From Octopus vulgaris (lineage: Eukaryota), in NCBI GenBank assembly GCA_951406725.2, contig OX597836.1, forward strand, positions 38,316,001 to 38,380,000: a stretch of DNA of 64,000 bases. The letters run 5' to 3'. A program made the position numbers and the translations under genes. Under the pieces are notes generated by a model. The model was not told where the DNA came from and searched no databases. It saw only the letters and a program-made list of their open reading frames with translations. Position 1 is the stretch's first letter, and every line of letters begins with the position of its first letter. Of the stretch, positions 49,336 through 64,000 are shown in pieces.

Positions 49336-52300
49336 ACTTAGAATAACTAAGAAAGGTTTTGGCCAGTATTGGCCCAGGCCATGTCTAACTTAATAGCACC
49401 ACCTAGCGAAGTCGTTCAATTCAGGATTTGGGCACCAAGGCCCATTCGAGCAGAGAGTTATTGTTTGAGGAGACATATCCGGGTGTGGGTGGTTTTTCCG
49501 GGACTGTTTGAAGGAATTTGTCCAAAGACTTCTTGAATTTGTGTGGTCAGTTTCTGTTTTGACGTGTCCTGGTGTGATGTTGAAGAGAGCGGGTCCAATT
49601 GAGGTGAAATAATTGTGCCATATTGTTGTTATGAGATGCGATTTAGATTTTTGTTGTGACGGATGGCATGGGGTCCAAGTCTTGGATGTATTTTGAAGGT
49701 GATACCAACATCATTTGGACAGTGCTGATGGAATATTTTCCACATCATACAGATAATATAGCGTTCACGGCGTCGTTGGAGTGAATACAGTTTCAGCTTT
49801 TCCAGTCGACCCCAGTAGTCAAGGTCTGACATGCCATCTATCTTTTTCGTGATTGACCTTTGGGGAGCTTCAATTCTCATATTTTGTTTTTGTGTAGGGA
49901 GACCACAGTGGACAGCAGTATTCAAGGTGGGGTCGGGCAAAAGTGGAGAAGAGAAGGAGAATGGTGTGGGAATCTCTCGACTGGAAGGTTCTGAGAATCC
50001 AGGAGCACTTTCTGCGGGCCATGTCAACTTTGCTGCTTATATGTGTAGCCCAGCTTATGTTGTTGTCCACAGTTACTCCCAAGTCTCTGATGTTATTAGA
50101 CGCCATGAGAGTTTCACCAGAAGGAAGGAAGTATGGGAGTTTCAGAGCGTCCTCCCTTCCAAAGTGGATCAATTCGAATTTGGACAACAGCCGGTAGGTC
50201 TGACTGAAGGCTTATCCGGTCATCCACGCCATTGATGACCTTCTGGAGCTTGGAATCATCACCGAAGATTCTGATGTTACTGTATTTGATGATGTCATTA
50301 ACGTAGATGATGAAGAGAAGTGGGCCCAACACAGTGCCTTGTGGGACACCACTACTGACTTTGGCTGGGCTGGATTTGACTCCTTTGACTACAACATGTT
50401 GGGTTCTATTAGACAGGAAGCACTTGATCCACTGCAGCAGCTTTCCAGTGACACCAATATTGAACAGCTTTCTCAAAAGGATCTTATGATCAACCCTGTC
50501 AAAGGCCTTGCTGAAATCAAGGTAGATAACATCAGTGTTGGAACCCTCTCCGAAGGCTCTCAAAATGTCATCGAAGTGATGCAGTAGCTGCGTCAGGCAA
50601 TCCCTTCCATTACAGAATCCATGCTGGTTGGAGTTCAGCATATTATGACTCTCAAGGAAGTGAGTCATGCGCTCTCTCAAATACCTTAATGATTTTGAGA
50701 GGTGAGAGAGATTGGACAGTAATTCACGGCAAGGGATTGTTTCCCTTTTTGAAAACTGGGACAACAGACTGGGATAGAATGTTTTCTGGTATATAGATTG
50801 GCTAGAGGGGGTGCAAGTTGGTGTCGACACATCTTCAAGACACAAGCAGGGAACCTATCGGGACCTACTGCTGAATTATGCTTCATTTCCTTTATTGCTA
50901 CTAAGACATCAGTAGCGTCAAAGGTTATGTTCGATAAAGTGTATTGGGGAATAACATCAGTGATACAGCCCAGATCAGCCATATCAGGATTGCTGAAAAC
51001 AGAGCAATATTGTTTCTGCAATATCTCTCCCATGGTTTTGGCATTGTCTTGAAGAGTACCATTTTCATCAATCAGAGGGCCAACAGTAGAACCAGTGACT
51101 CTGTGTTGTTTTGCAAATGAGAAGAACACTTTGGGATTAAGTTTGATCTTCTCAATCGCCCAGGCCTCTTCAGCTCTTCTCTGACTATTGATGATAAACA
51201 TCATGTTGTTTTGGAGGCTATGTTTTTTAATCTCTAGTGACGTGATAGCAGTCAGGTTGGTGTGTTGCTGTTGACAGTATTTCAGCTTGTTGATTTTTTT
51301 GTTAAATTTTCTGATGAGAGTTTTTCTATTTCTAGGGATTCGACACTTAGATTTGTTTGCAGATCTTAATGGGGTGTGTTTTGCACATATGTTCGTAATG
51401 GTGTCTACAAATGACTGCCAGGACTTTTTGATGTTTTTGATGTTAGTGGGTGTGTATGTGTGCATGAAGGACCAATCGACTTGTGCAAGATCATTACTGA
51501 TCGCTTCCCAGTTTGCGTTGTGGAAATCCATAGTGTCAAATGGATGGACAGGAGGGATGACGTTTGTTTTGCATTTTGGCCGGTGAAATCTCAGATCACA
51601 GAGAACCATGTCATGATCAGAGAGTAGAGTTTTCTCCACTGCAATATTGTGGATAGTGTCAGTGTGATTGCTGAAAATTAAGTCTAGGACGCTTTTGTGA
51701 CATCTCGTTGGTTCGAGCACCAGTTGGGACAGGAAGAAATCATCCATGAAATCATGAAGCAATTCAACTGCCTCCCTGTCAGGGGTTGAGACAGAAGAAC
51801 CTGGCGGCAGACTGTTTGTAGACCAGTCAGCTCCAGGGAGTTTGAAGTCCCCCCATCATTAAGATGTTGTTAGATTGATACTGCTGAATGAAACACTTTA
51901 TGATATTGAGGCATTCCTTGAAGCATGGTACTCTTAAGTTGTTGGTTTGACTGAATACAGCGACTGCTTCGCAGTATCCATTGGAAAATATGTTCATAGC
52001 CTCTGTTGAGAAAGAATCATGAACATAAATGGCAGTCCCACCCTTTCTTCTGCCAGCACGATCAGCACGAATGGCTTTGAAATTTTTAACTTTTACCTCG
52101 GCTTCCAAGTGGAGGTTACTAAGATGGGTTTCGGTGAGGACGAAGAAAGGGATGTGATTTGGATGGGCATCAACCCAGTCCTCCAGGAATTTTATTTTCC
52201 ATTTTTGAGTATTGGTGGTAGGGTTGATGCCTTGGGCGTTAAGCAAAAATGTTGAGGCGAGAATGGATGGTTTTAATTGTTTTGGTGTTTTGCTTATTTG

Positions 52301-53944
52301 TTTGCTTTTTAATGGCATATGCAGTGGGGTGATAGTGGTGGATGGTGGTGGGTGATAGCTCGGATGTTTTTTTCCAGTTCTCTTGCTAGATTCATTATGG
52401 CTAAAAAAGAGGAAGAAGTTTCCTGTCTAGGGAACTGCAGGTGACTGTGGTTGTGGTTATTTTTATATGAGTGGTTATTTCTATATGAGTCGTGGGTTTT
52501 TTTGCTTTTATTTTTATTTATATTGTCATTTGTCCGACGAGTCCCCGGGAAATGGGTAAAGGGGCAATCCCTGTGCAAACACAATCTGTCTCGCTGGGAA
52601 TAGCGGCAGATTTGGGGATTCCTTGTTTGAGATATTGGTGTTGTAATAGAGTATGTATTATGGTGGTTGCTGTTGTAGTTTGTGGGGATAGAGCGTTTTG
52701 TTCCAGGTAAATGGGTGAATTTGCAGTCTCTATCAGTGCATAATGTATGGCGAAGAGAATATCGGCAAATGATGGGGTTTCGAGTGGGTATGTGGGTGCG
52801 TGTGTGAGTTGTGAGAGGTGTAGATGATAGTTTGTTGAGGTTTTGGCGACCTTTGTGACCTGTAGGAGGTAAACTCTTTGAGATAGCATTAGTAGTAGTA
52901 GTAGTAGGCAGAAGAGATGATGATTGAGGGGGTCGATCCCATGAGATAGTGGTAGACAAAGATGTTTGTGGATACATAGTGGGTGTAGTACTAGTAGTAG
53001 TAAACAGAGGAGACAATGTTGACAGTGATGATGATTGAGCTGCTGGGGCAGTGACAGGAAGGGGTGGTGCTTCCTGCTGTGTGACCCTGATGACTAGGGG
53101 GTCAATCGTTTCCTTTAGCAAATCGGCCATTGTAGATGAATCAAGGAGTGGTTCATACTGTTGTTGTTGCCGCTGGGTTGTTGCTGCTGAAGTTGTTGTT
53201 GCCGCTGAGTTTGTTGTTGAGGTTGTTGTTGTTCTTGTTGCACCGGTGATGCGTTCGAAGAGAAAACACATCTCAGTTTATCGAAGTGTTTATTTATTAA
53301 TTTAAAAGCAACTTCGATTTGCTTTAATTTATTTTGTATCTGCTGTTCAGATCGAGTTTGCAAAAGGTGAACTGTTCGTTTAGCAATTTCGTTCAGACAC
53401 GAAGCACCTATGCTCTCTGTTTGGGTAAGGCCATGCCATGTGTTGATAAGAACATCGATTTCATTATCAGACCAGTTTTTGTTGGATTTTTGGTGGCTAG
53501 CCATTCTGGTGGATATGTTTTATTAAATTTTATTTTGTTCGTTTGTTTTGTTGATTACTTTTATTTATTTTTTTTTTAAGGAGAAGTATGTAGAATAGAT
53601 TGTACAGAATGTTTGCTGTAATACTGAGAAATATGTATTTGAATTATGAGCTTGCAGTTATTTTATCTTTCTTTTCTTTTCTTTTTTTTCCCTCTTTTTC
53701 TAATTTTTAATGTGTGGGTGATCCTTTAGTTATCAGAAGGTGTTGACGAAATGTATATATAAATAAATACTCTCTCATAGGAGTGTGTGTTTTGTTTATT
53801 TGGTCGTTTGAAATTTATGAAAGTAATTTGTAGTTAAAGAAAAGTCTACTCACGAGTTGGGAAAACGCGTGGTTTCAAATATACAGGAAAATATGTGATG
53901 GTCAATTTCGATTGTAGCTGTGAAGCTTGCTGCTGACCGGTGCA
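49336..53944 (-). mobile_element. LINE family C, copy C1: apparently full-length (5' UTR, ORF1, ORF2), degenerate
   Basis: ORF2 fragments [56 protein letters not shown] with several frameshifts and deletions; about 440-nt leader before ATG 53504. Confidence 0.9.
52309..53504 (-). pseudogene. Family C ORF1: Myb/SANT-like N-terminus, Gln/Thr/Ser low-complexity region, two CCCH fingers; one frameshift in the (CAA)n tract
   Basis: NWSDNEIDVLINTW...IAK...RSEQQIQNKLKQI; CRYSLRHTLCTDRDCKFTH; CRYSQRDRLCLHRDCPFTH. Confidence 0.72.
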
Positions 53945-53945
53945 G

Positions 53946-55147
53946 ATATGTATACATATATATGTATACATATGTATATATATATGTATACATATGTATA
54001 TATATATATGTATACATATGTATATATATATATGTATACATATGTATACATATGTATATATATATATATGTATACATATGTATATATATATATATGTATA
54101 CATATGTATATATATATATATATATGTATACATATGTATGTATATATATATGTATATATATATGTATACATATGTATGTATATATATATGTATACATATG
54201 TATATATATGTATACATATGTATATATATATGTATACATATGTATATATATGTATACATATGTATATATATATGTATACATATGTATATATATATGTATA
54301 CATATGTATATATATATATGTATACATATGTATATATATATATGTATACATATGTATATATATATATGTATACATATGTATATATATATATGTATACATA
54401 TGTATATATATATGTATACATATGTATATATATATGTATACATATGTATATATATATATGTATACATATGTATATATATATATGTATACATATGTGTATA
54501 TATATATATGTATACATATGTATATATATATGTATACATATGTATATATATATGTATACATATGTATATATATATGTATACATATGTATGTATATATGTA
54601 TACATATGTATATATATATGTATACATATGTATATATATATATGTATACATATGTATATATATATGTATACATATGTATATATATATATGTATACATATG
54701 TATATATATATATGTATACATATGTATATATATATATGTATACATATGTATATATATATGTATACATATGTATATATATATGTATATATATATATATATG
54801 TATACATATGTATATATATATGTATACATATGTATGTATATATGTATACATATGTATATATATATGTATACATATGTATGTATATATGTATACATATGTA
54901 TATATATATATGTATACATATGTATATATATGTATATATATATACATATGTATATATATGTATATATATATACATATGTATATACATATGTATGTATATG
55001 TATATATATATACATATGTATATACATATGTATATATATGTATATATATATACATATGTATATACATATGTATATATATGTATATATATACATATGTATA
55101 TATATGTATATATATATATACATATGTATATATATATGTATACATAT
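53946..55147. repeat. 1.2-kb higher-order array of about 18-22-bp units (TA)nTGTATACATATG
   Basis: Read directly. Confidence 0.95.
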
Positions 55148-56812
55148 GTCTTAGCGGCGATAAACGAAATAAAACACAATTCAGCAGTAGGCCCCGATAG
55201 GTTCCCTGCTTGTGTCCTGAAGGTGTGTCGACACCAACTTGCATCTCCCCTTGCTAATCTGTGGAGAAACTCACTGGATGCTGGCTATATTCCAAAAACC
55301 TTCTGTCCCAGTCTGTTGTCCCAGTTTTCAAAAAGGGAAACAAGTCCCTTGCAGTGAATTACCGTCCGATCTCACTCACCTCTCATATCATCAAGGTATT
55401 TGAGAGGGTGGTGAGATCTCAAATAACCCAATTTCTGGAAAGCAACAGACGGCTGATCTCCAACCAACATGGGTTCCGTAATGGAAGGGACTGCCTAACG
55501 CAGCTCCTGCATCACTTTGAGGACATTTTGAGAGCTTTGGGAGAGGGCTCCAACACCGATGTCATCTACCTTGATTTCAGTAAGGCCTTCGACAGGGTCG
55601 ATCACAAGATCCTATTGAAAAAACTATCCAACATTGGTGTCTCTGGAAAGTTACTGAAATGGATTAAGTGTTTCCTGACAGACAGATCTCAACATGTTGT
55701 AGTTGAAGGGGTAAAATCAAGCCCAGCCAAAGTCAGTAGTGGCGTTCCGCAAGGCACTGTGCTGGGCCCACTTCTTTTCATCATTTACATTAATGACATT
55801 AATGACATCATCAAGCACAGCAACATAAAAATCTTTGCAGATGACTCCAAGCTACAGAAGGTCATAAATGAGGCGAGTGACCGGACATGCCTTCAGTCAG
55901 ATCTACTGGCTGTTATCCAATGGGCAGAAAAAAACAATATGCTGCTGAACGAGGATAAATTTGAGCTAATCCACTTTGGAAAGAGGATGCCCTGAAACTC
56001 CCATACTCCCTTCCTTCAGGTGAAACTCTCGCGGCGTCCAACAACATCAGAGACTTGGGAGTAATTGTGGACAACAACGTAAGCTGGGCCACTCATATAA
56101 ACACCAAAGTTGACATGGCCCGCAGAATGTGTTCCTGGATTCTCAGAACTTTCCAGTCGAGAGATATCCACACCATTATCCTTCTCTTCTCCACTTTTGC
56201 CCGACCCCACCTTGAATACTGTTGTCCACTGTGGTCTCCCCACACAATACAAGGTATCAAAAAAGTCGAAGCACCTCAAAGGGCAATCACAAAAAAGATA
56301 GATGGCATGACAGGCCTCGACTATTGGGGTCGACTAGAAAAGCTAAAACTCTATTCTCTCCAACGTCGTCGTGAGCGCTACATCATCTGCATGATGTGGA
56401 AAATATTCCATCAGCATTGCCCAAATGATGTTGGCATCACCTTTAAGGTACATCCAAGGCTTGGGCCCCGTGCCATCCGCCCAAAACAAAAATCGCACTC
56501 TCATCTCATAACAACAATACGGCACAATTATTTCACCTCAATTGGCCCCGCTCTCTTTAACATTACACCAAAACACATTAAAACAGAAACTGACCCTATA
56601 GGGTTCAAGAAGTCTTTGGACAGATTCCTTCAAGAAATCCCGGATAAACCCCCTACACCCGGATATGTCTCTGTAAACAATAACTCTCTACTTGAGTGGG
56701 CCATAGTGCCCAAATTCTGACTTGAAAGACTTCACCAGGTGGTGCTATTAAGTTAGACATGGCCTGGGCCAATAATGGCCGAAACCTATCAAAGTATCAA
56801 AGTATCAAAGTA
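55148..56812 (+). mobile_element. LINE family C, copy C2, 5'-truncated, (AAAGTATC)n tail
   Basis: [28 protein letters not shown], stop at 56720; two frameshifts near 55298 and 55983. Confidence 0.93.
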
Positions 56813-59975
<3,163 letters not shown>

Positions 59976-60643
59976 AATATATATATATATACATGTATGT
60001 ATCAACCTTGACAGCAAATCAAGAAGTGGAATCCCTCAGGCAGTTTGGTGCCCCTTTTTGACATCCTTCCAGCAACTTCAGAATAGTTTGAGTTCTCCAG
60101 CCCTGTAAGGCAACTCACATAAGAGAAGGCCACTCCAGTGTAACCTTCACTTTCAGCTTGTTGGTCACTGTATCCGTCTTAGCTCTGCTGATCCACTATG
60201 GTTGGACCTTCAACAATGAGAAAGGATCGATTTGACTGACTCTCACTTTAAAGCTAAGAGCAAAGGGGAAGAAAATCCCTACAGTATCAAGGATCCATTT
60301 ACATAACCACCTGATGGTGTGCTGCCCTTGCTTGTGATGTTTGGACTTGAAGAAAAACTGCCTGCCTGCCATCTAACCAACAAATAGTAGTCGATTCAAT
60401 TTCAGCTCACGATATGCAGAAAACCTGAAAAAAAACTATATAGAATCCCTTGCAACACTCTTTAAGGGATAGTAAAAAAAAAATACCTAGGCTGCCACTT
60501 TTTTTTTTTTTTTTTTTACAAAACTCTCAAATGGGTGAAAGGTGAACTTAGGAGAATTTCAACTTAGTATACAGCGAATCAGTACAAATACTGTAAAGAA
60601 TTGTATCTAACACTCTAATAACTGTGCCAATTTGCTATATATA

Positions 60644-60696
<53 letters not shown>

Positions 60697-61053
60697 ATAT
60701 ATATGTATGTATGTATAAAAACAAAAAGACTTGAAATACAATCAAGAGATAGTAAATTAATTCATATGTGAAGGAAGAATATTTAAAATATCATTTCTAT
60801 TCATTTTGAAGAGCCAAGAATTTTATTTAATAGAGGAAATTTCACCAGTAATACATGATTTGCTGATAAGTCAATTGACACAATAGAAACAGTGAAAAAT
60901 AGCAATACAACACTGGCAGAAAACAAAAAAAAAAAATAAAAAGAAACATCTCTTTTTTTTTTTTTCTATTTGGCATCAACATCATTTTCAATAACATCTA
61001 ATCATGTTAATATTGGACGTATGGGTCATGTGTTGGCTTCAGTCAGGTATGTA

Positions 61054-61103
<50 letters not shown>

Positions 61104-61699
61104 TATTTATATATATGATGGTCAGTTAGTCTTTAATTAGCAATTTACATGGATAATGTTCTTCTTTGTTATCTTCCCATATGATATTGTTGGATTTAAA
61201 GAGAATATATATATTTTTTTTTTTTGGTGTGTGTGTCTTTGTGGTTTGACGAGATAGATTTTTGTCCAGAGTCATTAAGATATTCCTGATTAATTTTCAT
61301 TTTGTTACTGGTTCACTCGTTATGTAGAAACTACTGACATGAACAGCTTTTATACATTTATGAATTTTACCTTCTCACTTACCTTTGGCATTGTTGATAT
61401 TATGTACATACTGTTGTCTCGACATACACATAGAATATCTTTTAGTTTAACCCACACCAGACAACAAGCAGCGGAACACAGAGAGAGAATATTTCGTAGA
61501 CATAGCGAAAATATGTCAGGATTTGATTGTAATAAAACAATAATGCAATTAGGTAAATATTATGAGTAACAAGTTAATTAAATTTTGGGGAAAAAACAAA
61601 TAAGAAAAATAATAATTCATTCCAGATATCTTTGTAATTAAGCTGTAGCATATTTGATTCTTGATTAACTTTAGTAATGCTCAACACACACAGACGCAA

Positions 61700-61739
61700 T
61701 CATCATCATCATCTTCATCATTTTAATGTTCACTTTCCC

Positions 61740-61792
<53 letters not shown>

Positions 61793-61944
61793 TATGTATA
61801 TATATACATATGTGTATATATATATATATATAATATATGTATATATATACATATGTATATATATATATATAAATATATGTATATATATACATATGTGTAT
61901 ATATATATATATACATATGTGTATATATATATATATATATATAC

Positions 61945-61975
<31 letters not shown>

Positions 61976-62200
61976 CACATGTATATATACATATGCATAT
62001 ATACATATGTATATATACATATGTATATATATACATATGTATATATACATATGTGTATATATACATATGTATATATAGGTATATATATACATATGTATCA
62101 TGGGTCAGATGGTAACTCCGATGGAGTAAAGTTTTTCTATGCCTGGATGCTCTTCCTTCTACCAACCTTCATCTGTTTCCAAGTAAGATAATATTTCCCT
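61700..62200 (-). mobile_element. S4-type repeat interrupted by a 355-bp TA/CATATG array (61743-62098)
   Basis: (CAT)n TTTTAATGTTCACTTTCCCATG, then the array, then CATGGGTCAGATGG...CTGGATGCTCTTCCTTCTACCAACC. Confidence 0.65.
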
Positions 62201-63114
62201 TATTCTATCAAACAATAAACAGTCATTGATATACTTTCACATGAGTCTTTGTACGAATGACACTGTTTATATAAATGGTGATTCTTTGCTTTCAATCAAC
62301 ACACACACACACACGTCAAAATCAGTGGGAGCATAGCTTCACCGATACATACACATGTGCAAACACACACACACACAATCAACAGGTTTTTACTAGTTTC
62401 CACCTTACAAATTTCACTGACACTGTATTAATTTGTCAAACTGCAACAATTCAAGGAGATACCAGCCAACCGTGTCTCCACAGTTGGAACAGGACCTTAA
62501 ACATGTTGTTCGAAAGTGAAGCCCTTAACTCAATAGCCCCATGCTGGCAATTATATAAGCAGGATAAATAAACAAGCATAATAATCTCAATGCACAACAT
62601 ACCCTAACCTCAGCAGACACACAAATTGCTGTATCAAACACTGTTAGAGCCATGTAACAGATATACACACAGCCATAGGTACTTGAATGCCTTAGCTAGA
62701 TGACTGACAAAAATATTGTATCACTAGAACTGGAGGAGAGAAGTAAGAAGAGTAACAGCCAAAAACTGAAGATATTATAATGAAGAAATAATAAAAAAAA
62801 AAAAAATGCGTCGAAGCCATCAGGAAGCGTTGATTCTTCCTAGGGCTAAACAGCGGTGGTGTAATCCCCTACTGTCACGTTCACATTAGATTGACAGTAT
62901 ACAACCATTCTATTGTCCCACCACCATACATATCTCTATGAGATATTTAGAAATTTAATATTTCTAATTAATATTTCATTAGAACTGAATTAAAATTTTT
63001 CACAGTCAACAGAAACAATATTTATTTCTAATTTCTGTGGCTCCCAGTGGATGAGAAACAAATATCCTCATGGAGAGGATACCAATCTGTAATTAACAGG
63101 TGTTTTCGTTTCGG

Positions 63115-63308
63115 TTACTCTTACTTGTTTCAGTCATTTGACTGTGGCCATGCTGGAGCACCGCCTTTAATTGAGCAACTCGACCCCGGGACTTATTCTT
63201 TGTAAGCCTAGTACTTAATCTATCAGTCTCTTTTGCCAAACCGCTAAGTTACGGTGACGTAAACACCCCAGCATTGGTTGTCAAGCGATGTTGGAGAGAC
63301 AAACACAA

Positions 63309-63345
<37 letters not shown>

Positions 63346-63503
63346 CGACAGGCTTCTTTCAGTTTCAGCCTACCAAATCCACCCACAAGGCTTTGGTCGG
63401 CCCGAGGCTATAGTAGAAGACACTTGCCCAAGGTGCCATGCAGTGGGACTGAACCCGGAACCATGTGGCTGGGAAGCAAGCTACTTACCACACAGCCACT
63501 CCT
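63115..63503 (-). mobile_element. SINE family S1
   Basis: Reverse-complement match to 3968-4349. Confidence 0.9.
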
Positions 63504-63520
63504 ATTAATGTGTTCAATGT

Positions 63521-63590
63521 AAGACACCTGAAGAAGGCTGGAGCATACAACAGCTGAAATGTTGTGAAATCAACAACCAAGAGGAGGAAA
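63521..63590 (+). ncRNA. Second, more decayed copy of the S3 hammerhead-like motif
   Basis: aagacac-CTGAAGA-a-GGCTG-gagcatacaa-CAGCT-GAAA-tgtt-gtg, with downstream AACAACCAAGAGGAGGA matching the 5.7-kb copy. Confidence 0.5.
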
Positions 63591-63658
63591 CCAGTCTGGT
63601 TAATATAAACAATATACATGATTATGATGATATTATTATTATCATCATTATTATTACT

Positions 63659-63875
63659 AAGGTCATGAGCAGGCAGAATTGTTAGCTTGCCAGGTGAAAT
63701 GCTTAGGGGTATTTTGCCCATCGCTACGTTCTGAGTTCAAATTCTGCCAAGGTCGACTTTGCTTTTCATTCTTTCGTGGTCGATAAATTAAGTGCCAGTT
63801 AAATACTGACTATTCACCGCCCCCAAATTTCTGTCCTTGTGCCTATAGTAGAAAAGATTATTATTATTATTATTA
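63659..63875 (+). mobile_element. tRNA-headed SINE, family S5, with (ATT)n tail
   Basis: GGCAGAATTGTTAGC A-box region, GAGTTCAAATTC B box, GCTTTTCATTCTTTCGTGGTCGATAAATTAAGT central motif resembling the Nin/Deu-type core. Confidence 0.7.
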
Positions 63876-64000
63876 TCATCATCATCTCTCTCTCTCTCAC
63901 AATAAAGCAAAATGTAAATAATACCACAATTTGATGGTGATACCTTCTGGTCACCAGCAATTAATACAACTAAAATACATCATAGAATATATAAATATTT

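Noticed and set aside
60000-60435. GC-richer segment with a minus-strand poly(T)-CAG acceptor near 60427
   Set aside because: I found no convincing ORF, donor site or homology, so an exon cannot be supported.

Overview
Very AT-rich eukaryotic DNA. The SINE set and the abundant (TA)n arrays suggest an octopod cephalopod, which is an inference. Positions 1.2-23.7 kb hold the last 18 exons of a + strand gene (about 1,416 aa in the window, N-terminus upstream). It has six vWA domains, four EGF domains, an (RRTTP)n linker and an acidic tail, and all splice phases were checked by hand. Its introns carry several SINE families, a non-autonomous Helitron and Penelope-type inverted or hammerhead-bearing elements. 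Positions 26.4-59.7 kb are a nest of long (TA)n/TACATATGTA arrays holding a broken Tc1-type element and eight APE/RT LINE copies from four families, each bounded by microsatellite on both sides. Main observations: (1) apparent (TA)n targeting or trapping of LINEs; (2) a cluster of sense-strand A-to-G changes in one LINE copy that resembles ADAR editing fixed by retrotransposition; (3) ORF1 proteins with Myb/SANT-like and CCCH zinc-finger domains; (4) a covarying 3' stem-loop shared by four LINE families and the dominant SINE; (5) a tRNA-headed SINE ending in a minimal hammerhead motif. The long IYIY ORFs are microsatellite artefacts.
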